Below are positions 46,215 to 57,776 of a stretch of 64,000 bases of DNA, one piece after another. Where the stretch lies: assembly GCA_963825865.1 (NCBI GenBank), contig CAWGVG010000033.1, positions 66,540 to 130,539 on the forward strand. The letters are read 5' to 3'. A model generated the notes under the pieces. The model was not told where the DNA came from and ran no database searches. It worked only from the letters and a program-made list of their open reading frames with translations. Made by a program: the position numbers and the translations under genes. Origin of the DNA: an uncultured Nitrososphaeraceae archaeon (GTDB lineage: Archaea; Thermoproteota; Nitrososphaeria; Nitrososphaerales; Nitrososphaeraceae). Every line of letters starts with the position of its first letter. Positions within the stretch are counted from its first letter, which is position 1.

Positions 46215-47236
46215 TTCAATATAGACTAAGATATCTTTGGCTGAACTGTCTAAACTTGCAGAGATTTTACATTCAAGTACTCTTGACAAGAGGTTAAAAT
46301 AAATCAAAAGGCTTGAAGAAAAATCTTCAATAGATGTAGCGATTGCATCAAACCTAATGTAGACAGAGGTAGCACAATATTACAAAGGGTACTATAAGTT
46401 AAAGCAGCTATACGATCTGAATCAGGTTTATGAAGAAATCGAACAGGATATTGGTTACAGTTGTGAACTTATACAAGTTCGCTAAGGCTGCAGGTACGAA
46501 TATACAGCAGATCATTTGACTTCTCACAATCTCTAATAATCATCTACCATCCGTGGAAAGTAGACGTGAAAATCTCAAAAGGGGTATATTCCATAGAAGG
46601 AGATAAGAGAAATTCAGTTATGATTTTAAAGCAATTATGCGACCAGGTATCAGATTTGCTTAATACATATGACTTTCTGTCATTTATCTGGTGAACAGGA
46701 AACAAGACACATGGCTGAGCTACGCCAAAAAGATCAAACTAGAAGCCTTTGTAAATGACTTTCGAGATAATAATGAATGATATATGAAAATCACCAAAAC
46801 CATAGAAGAAAAGGTGTTTTGTGTTTTGTAAAATTCAAAAGCATTCCTAAGATATGCTCTTTAATTGACTGCCATTGACATTGACTTGCAAAAGTGTTCT
46901 TCTTTAGTTGAATCAATAATAAATGACCCAGAGCAAATTGCCATTACCATCTTCATTACCATGTTGCCACCATCTATTGAAGACCAAAAGTCTTATGAAA
47001 TCAAGTCCAACAGCAGTTAATCAGACTCATATATTGAGAAGTAATTCATTAACCGGGTATTGTTAATGAATTTACAAGAGATAAATGTTCTAATGCTAGC
47101 AGAAATATCATACAAACAGTACATATTGGCGTTTTATTTCAACCAAAATAGTATATGACATACGAAAACAGATGATACCAGAGATAATGAAGCGGTGATA
47201 GTCATGATGGTATAAAATATAATTTGGGTTTACCGA

Positions 47237-47722
47237 TCATATATGAGCTTTTATTACATCCAAGTCTTCTCTCCCGATTAAATCACAAATCTTAATTTGT
47301 CTTCTGAATGATTCAATATCTGTATGTGAGCAGGTCAAAAAAGGATTAGGACCAGTAGCCCCAATGATTCTACTGTCATCTTTATTCACTCCATTTCTGT
47401 GAAGAGATAATAACGCTTGTCCTGATTTATGTCCTTTTACTTCCTTCCCACATACAACTATATAACGTAAATCTGGATACCATAGTGTAAACCGAATCAA
47501 TGTGGTAATTCCCTTATTTTCTGAAAGCAGTCTCCCAACAACCAAAATTCTACTCATTATATCCGTGCTCCGAGCTATAGTTTCAAGCAAATCCATACTT
47601 GCTAGTGTACAAACAGCCACGCTCTTTCCCTGTCCTATATGATATTCATGTTTGATGGGGATTAATTCTTCACATAATCTGCCAACTGCGCTCTCCAACT
47701 TCTCCCTGAGTGTACCAACCAT
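47237..47722 (-). CDS. MtrA-like (tetrahydromethanopterin S-methyltransferase subunit A homologue) protein
   Basis: VAVCTLAS, SENKGI, CGKEVKGHKSGQ, RIIGATGPNPFL. Confidence 0.85.
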   Translation of the reverse strand: MVGTLREKLESAVGRLCEELIPIKHEYHIGQGKSVAVCTLASMDLLETIARSTDIMSRILVVGRLLSENKGITTLIRFTLWYPDLRYIVVCGKEVKGHKSGQALLSLHRNGVNKDDSRIIGATGPNPFLTCSHTDIESFRRQIKICDLIGREDLDVIKAHI

Positions 47723-48247
47723 TTCATATCGTCACAGTCTGCAGATCACTCTGTTTGTATTTATTTATCTCGATAAAATTTTCTTGCTGTTCATGTAACG
47801 GTTTGTAAAATCAGCATTGGCCTCATATAAGAAACATATATTGTGACGTGATAAACCGAAATAAATCTTATATAATAGCGTTGAAAACAATAAGTCACGA
47901 CTGCAACAAGATTAACTAAATTATTCTATCCACGCTGTTCCATTCGGAAGTAGGAGAAGAATATCTAAACTTCCAATAATACAGAATCAGAGATTATGGT
48001 TAAAATATGACCCGAACCAGTCAAACAAATTAAGGGTCATTAATGACACGTTAAAATGGCGTTAAAAATTGACTAGGGAGGAGTATCATCCTCATATATT
48101 ATGATTGCAGGTTCAGATTAAAAAGACTTGGAGTATCATTGAGCAGTAGAACCATATACAAGACATTGAAAAAACATACTCTCAACGTTCTAAACTGTAA
48201 GGTAAAGAATAATAGAAAGTATAAGCGATTTGCAATGAAACATCCAA

Positions 48248-48810
48248 ATGACATGCTTCAAATGGATATACTTGGACCATTTTACTGTACGCTGTTCTAG
48301 CACAAGAAATTACATGATAAGCTGTATAGATGACTGTTCAAGAAAAGTTGCTAGCAAGTGGTCTGAAAGAAAGAGGAGCATTGATGTTTTGAATGTACTA
48401 GAGGAGTGGATTATGGATAACGGAAAGCCCAGGAAAGTTATGCATGACAACGGTAAGCAGTTTACATCTAAACTATTCAAACACTTTCTATATAAGAATA
48501 ACATAAAGGATAAACCAATTCCAAATTCATATCCACAGTTACAAGGAAAGATAGAAGCATATAACAAGATTGTAAAGAATGAGTTCTTGACAGTTGAAGA
48601 AATAACAAGTATTGATGATGGAAAACTAAGGTATGATATGTTTGTCAAAGCATATAATGAAACTAGGGAACATGGTGGAATAAATGGTCTTACTCCTTCT
48701 GAAAGGTTTGTACAAAGGTTAATTAAATCTAAGACATATACAAAAAGGAAGCAAGAAAGTGTAACCTATGTAGGTAATCAAAATTGTTACCCATCTGTGT
48801 AAGTACAACA
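48248..48810 (+). mobile_element. IS481-like (rve integrase core) transposase remnant, 5'-truncated
   Basis: IDDCSR, HDNGKQF, PQLQGKIEAYN, YNETREH; ends ...GTACAACA, matching a TGT-type terminus; left end not found. Confidence 0.75.
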
Positions 48811-48924
48811 ATTAGTCACCGCTGCCATCTTCTATTTTATAGATGTCATCAATTGCGTCAGACATCAGCCATCCCATATTTTGATATTGGTAAAAGTAAG
48901 GTTTACTGATCATAAACATATATA

Positions 48925-49446
48925 TTAATCGTAAACAGGAATGGACCTAGTCATGTTTTCATATTTATCAAATAATGCATAGGCAAATCGTTGGTTAAGA
49001 AATAAAATGAATAGTCCATCTCTCATAATATTTTCAATTGAAACACTAATTTCTTCATTTTTGATAAAATAAAAATAAGATAAGGAGTCTGTTACAAGCA
49101 TCACATTTGTGAGCTCATAATTATCCATGACATCAAATACAATTGATTCAACACTTCCAATAAAACTAAGATCATATTGTTTGATCCGGGATTGGAAAAT
49201 GCTTACAATCGTTTCATCTATTTCTTCGTCTTCGTATTTTGTTCTTTTAGATGCCACAATCGGAGATGAAAAAGTTCTCGTTCCCTGATCAAATACTTTA
49301 TTGTACTCTATATTGGAATAATCATTTAATCTGAAGAATTCTTCGGTACCTCTCAGTAATTGATCTTCAGTTAACCAATTATCACCTCTCCTTTCATTCA
49401 TCCTAGCGAAGTAAGATTTAGCACTCACCATTCGTATATTTGGCAA
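48925..49446 (-). CDS. Hypothetical protein
   Basis: 173-aa ORF. Confidence 0.7.
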   Translation of the reverse strand: MPNIRMVSAKSYFARMNERRGDNWLTEDQLLRGTEEFFRLNDYSNIEYNKVFDQGTRTFSSPIVASKRTKYEDEEIDETIVSIFQSRIKQYDLSFIGSVESIVFDVMDNYELTNVMLVTDSLSYFYFIKNEEISVSIENIMRDGLFILFLNQRFAYALFDKYENMTRSIPVYD

Positions 49447-49508
49447 CTAATAATTCTTAGTTGTTTCCTTATTTGTTCCTGTTAATAAATTCTTCAAGTT
49501 TTCTGCCT

Positions 49509-49680
49509 GTTAAAAGCAGAGCGAAGTCTGTTGTGATTTTAGAAGGTTAAAGAAAGGTGAAAGTTTTGCAAATCTCGCCAATCAATCATCTATTGATATG
49601 GGAAACGCAAAACGTCGTGGACGTCGTAAAAGGTCATGTCAATACAGAATTTGGATACAATATAATTAAGAGCAGAATAA
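49509..49680 (+). pseudogene. Degenerate, internally deleted copy of the parvulin gene at 56639-56920
   Basis: 44 bp identical (49543-49586 = 56707-56750) plus similar flanks and 3' end ACAGAATTTGGATAC.ATATAATTAAGAG. Confidence 0.85.
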
Positions 49681-49902
49681 ACAAGTGGAATATAAATTCT
49701 TGTTTTTAGTAATTTAAGAATGGAAATTTATAATATTCTTACATATTGGTACAGAATCCTAATGCTTCGCATCTTGAAACAAAGAAGAAGAAACCAGGAA
49801 AAGACATGGGTAGAGGGATATCCGCTCTTGTAGGAATAATATAAATGGAGATCAGAAGCATTATGGCGGTGTTTAGCTTAACGAGAGTGAGATAATAGAA
49901 AA

Positions 49903-50758
49903 ATGAATAGTAACAGAAATAAGAAGGTTGCAGTAGTTACTGGTAGTTCGTCTGGTATAGGATTTGAAACTTCCTTGTTATTAGCAAGAAATGGATTTTA
50001 CTACATATGTAACAATGCGTAATCTTGATAAATCTAAAGCAATTACTAATATAAAACAAAAAGAAAAATTATCGTTGGAAGTTTTAAGACTTGATGTAAC
50101 TGACCGATGAATCTGTTAAAGAAGCAATTCAAAAGATAACAAATGACCAAGGAAGAATAGATGTTTTAGTTAATAATGCAGGATATGCATTAGTAGGACC
50201 ATTTGAAGAGCTTGCTATTGAAGAATTTAAAGAACAATTTGAAACTAATGTATTTGGTGTTATAAGAGTTACACAAGCAGTATTACCAATAATGAGAAGA
50301 CAAAGAAGTGGTACAATAGTAAATATAAGTTCTATAGCTGGTAGAATAGGATTTCCTCTTACCTCTGCTTATGTAAGTTCAAAATTTGCTTTAGAAGGAT
50401 TATCTGAATCTATGGCTTATGAGATAGAACAATTTGGGATAAAGGTTATACTTATAGAACCTGGCGTAATTAAAACTAATTTTGAGAATAATTTAAAGAT
50501 AGGAAAAAGGGTAGTATTACGCCTAATTCACCATATGCAGAAATGACACAAAAGAGGATTTCAGGATTTAAACCTAGATTTGAAAGAGGTTCTCCTCCAA
50601 TCGAAGTAGCAAAAGTCATTTTAAAAGCAATTACATCAGAAAATCCTTCAGAATTAAGATATATAGTAGGCAACGATGCTTTTAAGTTAATGGAAATAAG
50701 AAACAATACATCCAATAAAGATTTTGGAAAATTAGTAATGAAAAGCGTTTTAAAGTAA
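49903..50758 (+). pseudogene. SDR family oxidoreductase with several frameshifts
   Basis: VAVVTGSSSGIG, LVNNAG, NISS, YVSSK, IEPG spread over several frames. Confidence 0.85.
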
Positions 50759-51727
50759 CAACACTAACAGTATCCTCCAGATCTTGAAGCTGGTCCTAAT
50801 TCATGCGAAGTTCAAACCTGATTTTCTTTTTTTAATATCCTATCGGTTTGTCATTACAAAAAGATATAGAATGCAGAAGAGAGATGGTGTTATTAGAAAG
50901 GACGATAACAGAGAAAAAAAGAGACAGAATATTTAGAATATTATATTGGTATATCAAGAAAGCAAACAGATAATGATGTTCCATTCCAGAAACAATATTT
51001 TATGCAAGATTAGCTCAAGTTTGTAGTTCAACTGAAAAAAGGAGGCTTCAATACTTGAACTCAAAGGAGAAATATAAAACTTGACTTTCAGGATAAAGCA
51101 AAAGAACAAGTTCGTATTTTTGGTATAGCATTAGAGGAAACTTTATCTGCTGAATATACAGAGACTTTAGAAAAAACCAAATTTTAAGATTTGAACCCTA
51201 CCTATATGCAATACAAAAAGGAAAAAGGCGTTTTATTTCTTACAATCAACTATTGTGCTTATGATAGCTGGTCCTAAGCCTCGAGTCACAGCATTCTATA
51301 AATTTAAGAAACGATACCACAATCCCGAGTGTTTTAAGCACAGTGTCAGAATAAGGTGTCAGAAGAGTGTCAGTGAGTCAAATGGGGTCACATGTTTCTT
51401 TTTTAGACATGGTGTATCTTAGGCATGAGCTTTATTACATGACCTTCCTATTTCGAAGCGTGGATAAAAATAATCTCTCAAAACAAGGTAGAGATAGACG
51501 CATATAGCGTAATACAACATATAAGATGTTGCCAGCAACTAAGAATAATGCCTTTAAATAATTCGATAGCGCTCTTCTATAGATCATGGTGTCGATAGAC
51601 ACAGGTTCTAAGTATATGCAAATAATATGCCAACCACACGATATATCTCATACTAGCATTACAAGTTATTTCTGATACAAATGAAAGAATTGATTGTTGT
51701 ATTGATTCTGAAGGATTATCTTTTATA

Positions 51728-52669
51728 ATGGAGAATGAATCGTTATATCGTGCACTAACCTCAGTTAGGAATACAGGAGGCATAAAATCAAGGTTAGTAA
51801 CGGAAATTACAAAAGAGAACACAAATTTTTGTAACCTAATGATGAAATATGGTGGCGATGTTTTTCACAATGATGGAGTTAGGGGCAACTTTGTAATAGT
51901 TGATGGAATAAAATACCTGTGCTATGTGTTTGACAATGATGAAGGCAGAGAACGAATAGTAACACAATTAGTCTATACTAAAGGTAAGTCATTTGTTGGT
52001 GCGCAGCAATATCTATTTGATAATCTGTGCTACAAGGCAGTCCATGCTAGAGAGAAAATTAGAGAACTCAATAAAGGAATTAGAAGTGATTTCAAAGATA
52101 ATATTGATGATCCTTCTGAAATACAGAAAGTCGCTATGGATCTTTTAAAATCTGCATCATATGAAATAGTTTTACTATTTTCGACGGTTAATTCCTTTTA
52201 CAGAGCAGAATATGCAGGAATGTTAAACTTGATGTATGAGGCGACAGAACGTGGTGTATCTATTAAAATACTAGTACAAGCAGACGACGATAGCGTAGCC
52301 GAAACAATACAAAATAAGATTAGGAAAACACGTCTACCAATCAATATCCAATATATCAGAAAACCATTACATGCTAAAATTACAATTTTGGTAATTGACG
52401 AATCTGTTTCTTTAGCAATAGAAGTTGCTGATGATACAAAAAAGACTTTTGAAGAAGCCATAGGCATTGCCATCTATTCAAATAACGAATCGACCGTTTC
52501 CTCTTCTCTTTCTATATTTGAAACTCTTTGGATACAGTCTGAATTTGATAAGCAAAATAAGATAAAACAAGCATATTTTCAAATGTTCAAGGGTTTAAAT
52601 CTTAAGAATGAATCCTATACTCGTCGTTGGTCATTTGAACGAGCAAAGACAGCAAAAGAGAAACACTGA
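51728..52669 (+). CDS. Hypothetical protein resembling the TrmB/PLD-like sensory region of Nitrososphaeraceae histidine kinases, without a kinase domain
   Basis: RLVTEITKEN...HNDGVRGNF; SASYEIVLLFST; YSNNESTVSS..SIFETLW; probable frameshifted 5' part from ATG 51586. Confidence 0.6.
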   Translation: MENESLYRALTSVRNTGGIKSRLVTEITKENTNFCNLMMKYGGDVFHNDGVRGNFVIVDGIKYLCYVFDNDEGRERIVTQLVYTKGKSFVGAQQYLFDNLCYKAVHAREKIRELNKGIRSDFKDNIDDPSEIQKVAMDLLKSASYEIVLLFSTVNSFYRAEYAGMLNLMYEATERGVSIKILVQADDDSVAETIQNKIRKTRLPINIQYIRKPLHAKITILVIDESVSLAIEVADDTKKTFEEAIGIAIYSNNESTVSSSLSIFETLWIQSEFDKQNKIKQAYFQMFKGLNLKNESYTRRWSFERAKTAKEKH

Positions 52670-52890
52670 TGAAGAAATGCCATAGAATGTATCTCCGACC
52701 TAATCTTTCCTTTATGAACCTAGAAATTTATTCAAATTTGATTCATCGTAAGTACGGCTCCCTCGTCATTTGGATTAGATTTCCGACTCTTTATTAACCT
52801 TCTATTAAAAATTAGCAAAAACTGCAATATACAACATATCTCAGACACGCTAAAGACTAACTTTAAATAATTCATAATCATTACATTTTT

Positions 52891-53520
52891 ATGGAGGATT
52901 CTGTTCCTACCACCGTCACTTCGTTTCTTTCTTCACCTGTAGGGGTTGTTCTAATGCCGGATGTACTTATCCTTGAAAGTGATGCAACTGTTGATGAAGC
53001 AACCAAACTAATGAAGGAGAAAAACTCTCGAAGTGTTCTTGCGTCAATACGAGGCGAGGTTGTCGGTATAGTAAGTAAGACTGATATACTTTTCAAAGTA
53101 ATTTCTCAAAATAGAAATACATCCAAGGTTAGACTTCGTGAAATTATGACATGCCCAGTACTTGCTGTTGGTCCTACTACCACTATTAAGGAAGCACTTT
53201 CTGTTATGGACAAGCATAATGTAAGGCAGGTAATGGTCCACGCTTACGCTGCAGTTGTAGGAATGGTGACCAGAGATAATATATTTCAAAAAATGGAAAC
53301 AATATCCAGCTCTGCAGAAGATACTATAGTTCAGGGAACACCTGTTTGTCTTATTGATTCTAAGTCTATAGCGTATGTTAAAGATATCAACAAAATCAGG
53401 TTGAAATGTCCATACTGTGAATCTCCTTTTGACACAAAAGAAGGTTTGTCAAAGCATATAGATAGACTTCATGGAGAATCTGGTGTGCTTGAAGGTGATG
53501 TAAGGCGTATGTATGAATAG
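52891..53520 (+). CDS. CBS-pair protein with C-terminal C2H2 zinc finger
   Basis: Two CBS repeats (VGIVSKTDI, VGMVTRDNI); CPYC...HIDRLH. Confidence 0.9.
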   Translation: MEDSVPTTVTSFLSSPVGVVLMPDVLILESDATVDEATKLMKEKNSRSVLASIRGEVVGIVSKTDILFKVISQNRNTSKVRLREIMTCPVLAVGPTTTIKEALSVMDKHNVRQVMVHAYAAVVGMVTRDNIFQKMETISSSAEDTIVQGTPVCLIDSKSIAYVKDINKIRLKCPYCESPFDTKEGLSKHIDRLHGESGVLEGDVRRMYE

Positions 53521-53611
53521 AATTTTTTCAGATATCGTTGTAAGTACCGCTGCTACATTCATTCTATTGAGGAAGTAAAATTTTATATCCTTTTAACGGT
53601 GGGAAAGATGA

Positions 53612-53803
53612 ATGCCCACCACAAACAACAATAATAAGGAGAACGCAATTACCATTCGCGCTGTCAACGCCAACGATAACGAGCTGTCTGAAAAGGTTAG
53701 TCGGTGGATAATTGAGCTAAATTCACTTGGAACTAAGAAAAGCACTAGTAATATTGAAATAAATGAATCAAATGGCAATCAAGAGCTTGATGATCTGAAA
53801 TAA
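53612..53803 (+). CDS. Small hypothetical protein
   Basis: 63-aa ORF after an AT-rich TATA-like TTTTATA. Confidence 0.4.
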   Translation: MPTTNNNNKENAITIRAVNANDNELSEKVSRWIIELNSLGTKKSTSNIEINESNGNQELDDLK

Positions 53804-54195
53804 AGTAGAGCTTCATCGAGGATTATAAAATCTGTTATGATGAATAGTTCATTCTTCCTATGCTTATTAATTTTGTACATCCTTTGCATGTTATGCTTTT
53901 CATCTTATACCTCCCTTTCTTGATTTGTCCTCCTTCATTTAGTAAAAGGACAACATTACTACATCTTAATAGGTGTATGTGACATGTGTTCAATACAGCC
54001 ATCCAAAGGATACACACAGCTGTGCTTCTATTAAATGCTTAGCTAAATGCGTTGCTCTGCTATGGCTCAATATGTATCACCTGGCGTGCTTATGGTCTAA
54101 TGTTTTTGGACTGAATTCTATTATAAGAGAACCGATTATAATTTTGAATTGAAAACTATAGAAAATGCTTACATACAGCAAATAACAGTAGGCTT

Positions 54196-54549
54196 TTATT
54201 TTTTAATACCAGCTACTTTGAATTTGTACTCATCTTTATAGATATCCTGGTAAAACCGAGCATAACTTTCTGCCGCATCATAGGTAGCAAAAATCATTCT
54301 CAGGCTTTCAATTTTAGTTTTATTTTCATATAAATCTACAACTTCTATAACATAATACTTTGGCAGTTTTTTTAGATATTTTATTGTTAGGTATACATTA
54401 AACAATAAAAATAATATTGCAGCGATGATGATTATCACAAGCTCAAATTCTTTTGCAAAGTTCAGAAGATAAGCTATAAAATGATGATTTAACCATTTGT
54501 ATATAATACCAAACACTTTGGAAAATATTATTATTAAATCAAAGGTCAT
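54196..54549 (-). CDS. Small membrane-anchored hypothetical protein
   Basis: TM helix followed by a soluble domain. Confidence 0.6.
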   Translation of the reverse strand: MTFDLIIIFSKVFGIIYKWLNHHFIAYLLNFAKEFELVIIIIAAILFLLFNVYLTIKYLKKLPKYYVIEVVDLYENKTKIESLRMIFATYDAAESYARFYQDIYKDEYKFKVAGIKK

Positions 54550-54725
54550 TTATACTCTTTTTTATGAAGGATGATCTATATAATTACTATAGGTATGATT
54601 TATTTATTTATTTATTAAGGATCATTTTATGACATAAAATAAAGCTGATAATAGGAGCAGATTCGGAATAGTGCAATGAATCCTATCTGATTAGCGGCTC
54701 ACACGCTCATGCTAGCTATCTAGCT

Positions 54726-55934
54726 GAGACATGGACATAATTCAATTCTACATTTTTCAGCTATCATTTAGTGATGCTTTAACTACATAACATGTGTTTG
54801 ATTGCTTTCGGATGTTCTTTGCGTGTCTTGCAATTGTAATAAACGATGATTTGATACAGTAGTACTGACAGAAGTACTATTCCAGCAGCCATCTGATATC
54901 CTCTTACCGGTAATGGGTCTATTCTAAAAACAGATTTAATATGCTCTATTAGTGGTTCTATTGATTTACTTCTCCAAGAGTATATAGCCTGTCCTAACTC
55001 AGATTCATAGAATTGGATTAGCTCCAGTCTGTCAGCAGGAGTATGTTCATACCTCTGTACTGGACATATCAGTTCAAATCCTCTGTTTATGCTAAGATCA
55101 TATAGTTTTTGATCATCATAACCAGAATCGCCTATCATGTAACATATTTTTTCTTCTGGTATAGTAGTAGTTGTAGTCATTGATGATGATGTCATTGGAT
55201 TGTACATCTGGTTATCCTGTATGTTGCCAGTTGTAAAATCAGACTGCTAATGGTAATATAGTCAAACCAGTACTTGATATCATATGTAGTTTGTAACCAA
55301 ATATCCATCCTTTAGTATGACTGAATCCCCACCTTGCATCAGTATCAATACCTGAACGTGGTACTATTCCATTCTCCATAGATGATTTGTGCCAGACAGA
55401 TCCTTTGGCCTTGAGTAAGGTGCTATCTATTGCAACAATGTATGGATCTATCATCTTTTCGCATACAAACAGGCAGGTCATGACAGAAATCCTTTCCTTG
55501 ATGTCTATGGATATGGTCTTAAGTCGTCTGTCAAATGTTCGTCTATATGGTATTTGGCTCAGACCACACCTTTTCATTATCTTCTTATTGTAAGGATAAT
55601 CCAATTCTAGGAATTTATGTAATGCATTGTTAGAATCCAGTCTAAACCATAGTCTTACTATGAAACATCTCAGAATTATGCTAGGTGAATAGACATACGG
55701 TCTGCCCCTTCTTCTCCTTCTTTTCATCTTTTTTTGTGATTCTGACCATGGTATCAATCCTATCAAATACAGAATACTAAAAAGGATAGATTCACATTTA
55801 CTACTACCATATACTATCCTTTGGGAATGTTTGATTATGTTTCATCACAAATTCAAACACTCAAAGGATAGCTTTATCCTAATTCATCAATAGACATTGC
55901 CAAAAATACGAATCTGGAATTATGTCCAAGCCTC
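54726..55934 (-). mobile_element. Complete IS (IS5/IS982-like DDE_Tnp_1-type transposase, frameshifted), 1209 bp, 8-bp target duplication
   Basis: Left end GAGACATGGACATAATTC; reverse complement of right end GAGGCTTGGACATAATTC; ATCTAGCT at 54718-54725 and 55935-55942; IDSTLL, GYKLH, GDSGYD, RSKSIEP motifs. Confidence 0.92.
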
Positions 55935-56294
55935 ATCTAGCTAGTGAATCTAATGTTAATGATGATAACGATTATGAAGATATGGCAAAACATTTCATGC
56001 ATACGATCCATTTCATACGTTTTGTAAATTGGATAATAAGTTAGGAAAAAATGTTGACTTCAGACATTAATCGTGTTAATTCAAAAAAAATATTAATAGA
56101 TAGTCGGATGCCCAAAGAAAATAAAAGCAGCATAGTTGTAACTCAAGCTGATTGGCTTGTTGCTAACCGGGGTTGGGTATTCAGTTTGGATTTACATTTG
56201 GAGGCGCGGCACCGCTGCTTTTGTTAGGGCATGCTTGAGTATTGCTGCTAACCAATGCGTATAAGTAGAAATATGTTATTGTTGTACCGAGGAT

Positions 56295-56504
56295 ATGGTA
56301 TCGATTGCTTTTCCATTAATCATTGGCATATTACTTTTGTCAGTTGTATTTTTTACATTCTACATATTTCCAGATGTAATTTGTGGCGGCTCTACAAAGA
56401 ATAGTACCAGCGGTATTTCCAATAACAGCATACAAAATGAAGACCCAAATTTCAGAGATCCAATCAATGGTATTTGTTCTATGCTAATAAACAAGCAGAA
56501 ATGA
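56295..56504 (+). CDS. Small membrane protein
   Basis: N-terminal TM helix, two Cys. Confidence 0.55.
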   Translation: MVSIAFPLIIGILLLSVVFFTFYIFPDVICGGSTKNSTSGISNNSIQNEDPNFRDPINGICSMLINKQK

Positions 56505-56638
56505 AGTAAAAAATATCAATTTCCCTTTCAGCCTATATGACATTGGTTATCTATTCTCAAGCATAAGAGCATATCACCAGACGCCTACATAGTAATATTT
56601 ATTCATAAGACCAATTTCTATTAAATGATAGAAGACTA

Positions 56639-56920
56639 TTGACCGACAAAATAAAATGTTCTCATATCCTCGTTAAAAAGCAAAGCGAAGCGATTGCTAT
56701 ATTAGAAAGGTTAAAGAAAGGTGAAAGTTTTGCAAATCTCGCCAATCAATTATCTATTGATAAGGGAAGCGCAAAACGAGGTGGTGATCTGGGTTCATTT
56801 GGTATAGGAATGATGGTAAAACCATTTGAAGAAGCAGCATTCAGGCTTAAGAAAGGAGAAACGTCATCACAGCCAGTCAAGACAGAATTTGGATACCATA
56901 TAATTAAGAGAGCAGGATAA
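56639..56920 (+). CDS. Parvulin-type peptidyl-prolyl cis-trans isomerase
   Basis: [34 protein letters not shown]. Confidence 0.95.
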   Translation: MTDKIKCSHILVKKQSEAIAILERLKKGESFANLANQLSIDKGSAKRGGDLGSFGIGMMVKPFEEAAFRLKKGETSSQPVKTEFGYHIIKRAG

Positions 56921-57296
56921 CATCTTAAATATAAGTGATTGGCCAATCTTTAGAATATGTTTATTATATAAAAATAAGCCTACATCTGTTCAAACCTCAC
57001 GTAATTAGCTTTTTCTTTGGTTTAGACTAAGGTATTTTCATGGCTTTCCCTGGATGATAATACAAGGTTCGTTCGTTCCTATTGCTTCCGAAACTTTTTT
57101 TCATCTATCATTCCAATTCATATGGAACTCACGCAACAACAACAGCATGCTCCGCAAACCGAGAATATGCTGCTGCTTCCTAGCCTGTAATTGGTGCAAG
57201 GTCGGAAAAAATAATCATTTACGAAATAATCATCTATCTAACTATGATAGACATGATATATTTTTATAGTTTGCTTAAGGTTCCTATAGCTATACG

Positions 57297-57449
57297 TTGA
57301 CAAAAAATAACGATACGATAGATAATAATAACATAATCCATGGAAATAATAGTAAAAGAAGAATAACCAAGAAAGGGATATTGATAACAATATTAATTGC
57401 TGCCGGAATTATTGGAGCAAGCTTTTTAGTATATTTAATTCCTCAATAA
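57297..57449 (+). CDS. Unlisted 50-aa single-TM microprotein
   Basis: TTG start; ...SKRRITKKGILITILIAAGIIGASFLVYLIPQ. Confidence 0.55.
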   Translation: MTKNNDTIDNNNIIHGNNSKRRITKKGILITILIAAGIIGASFLVYLIPQ

Positions 57450-57776
57450 CATAATAACAATGTTCGTCATAGATGCAAATCTAAGGATATTACTTAGATT
57501 TTTTAATTTGTTGCATTTATCCAACCAATCCTTAATTACAGTGAGCCTCTTCCTGCGTTAGCTTTTTTACATTCAGCATCCAGATTTGACTGAAAATCAG
57601 GTATAGCAAAGACATATCTGATATATTCGAGCGGCTAATGAAGAGGATCTCATAATCTCAATCTGTGATATATCAAAACTTTAAGATATCAATTATTTTT
57701 TTATTATTTTTTATAGCATATCTTCTTTATAATAATAAAGATAATAAGTAACAAAAATTGTAGACTATTAGTTCTA

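Noticed and set aside
51188-51198. GATTTGAACCC resembling a reverse tRNA T-arm
   Set aside because: No acceptor-stem/CCA context; too short
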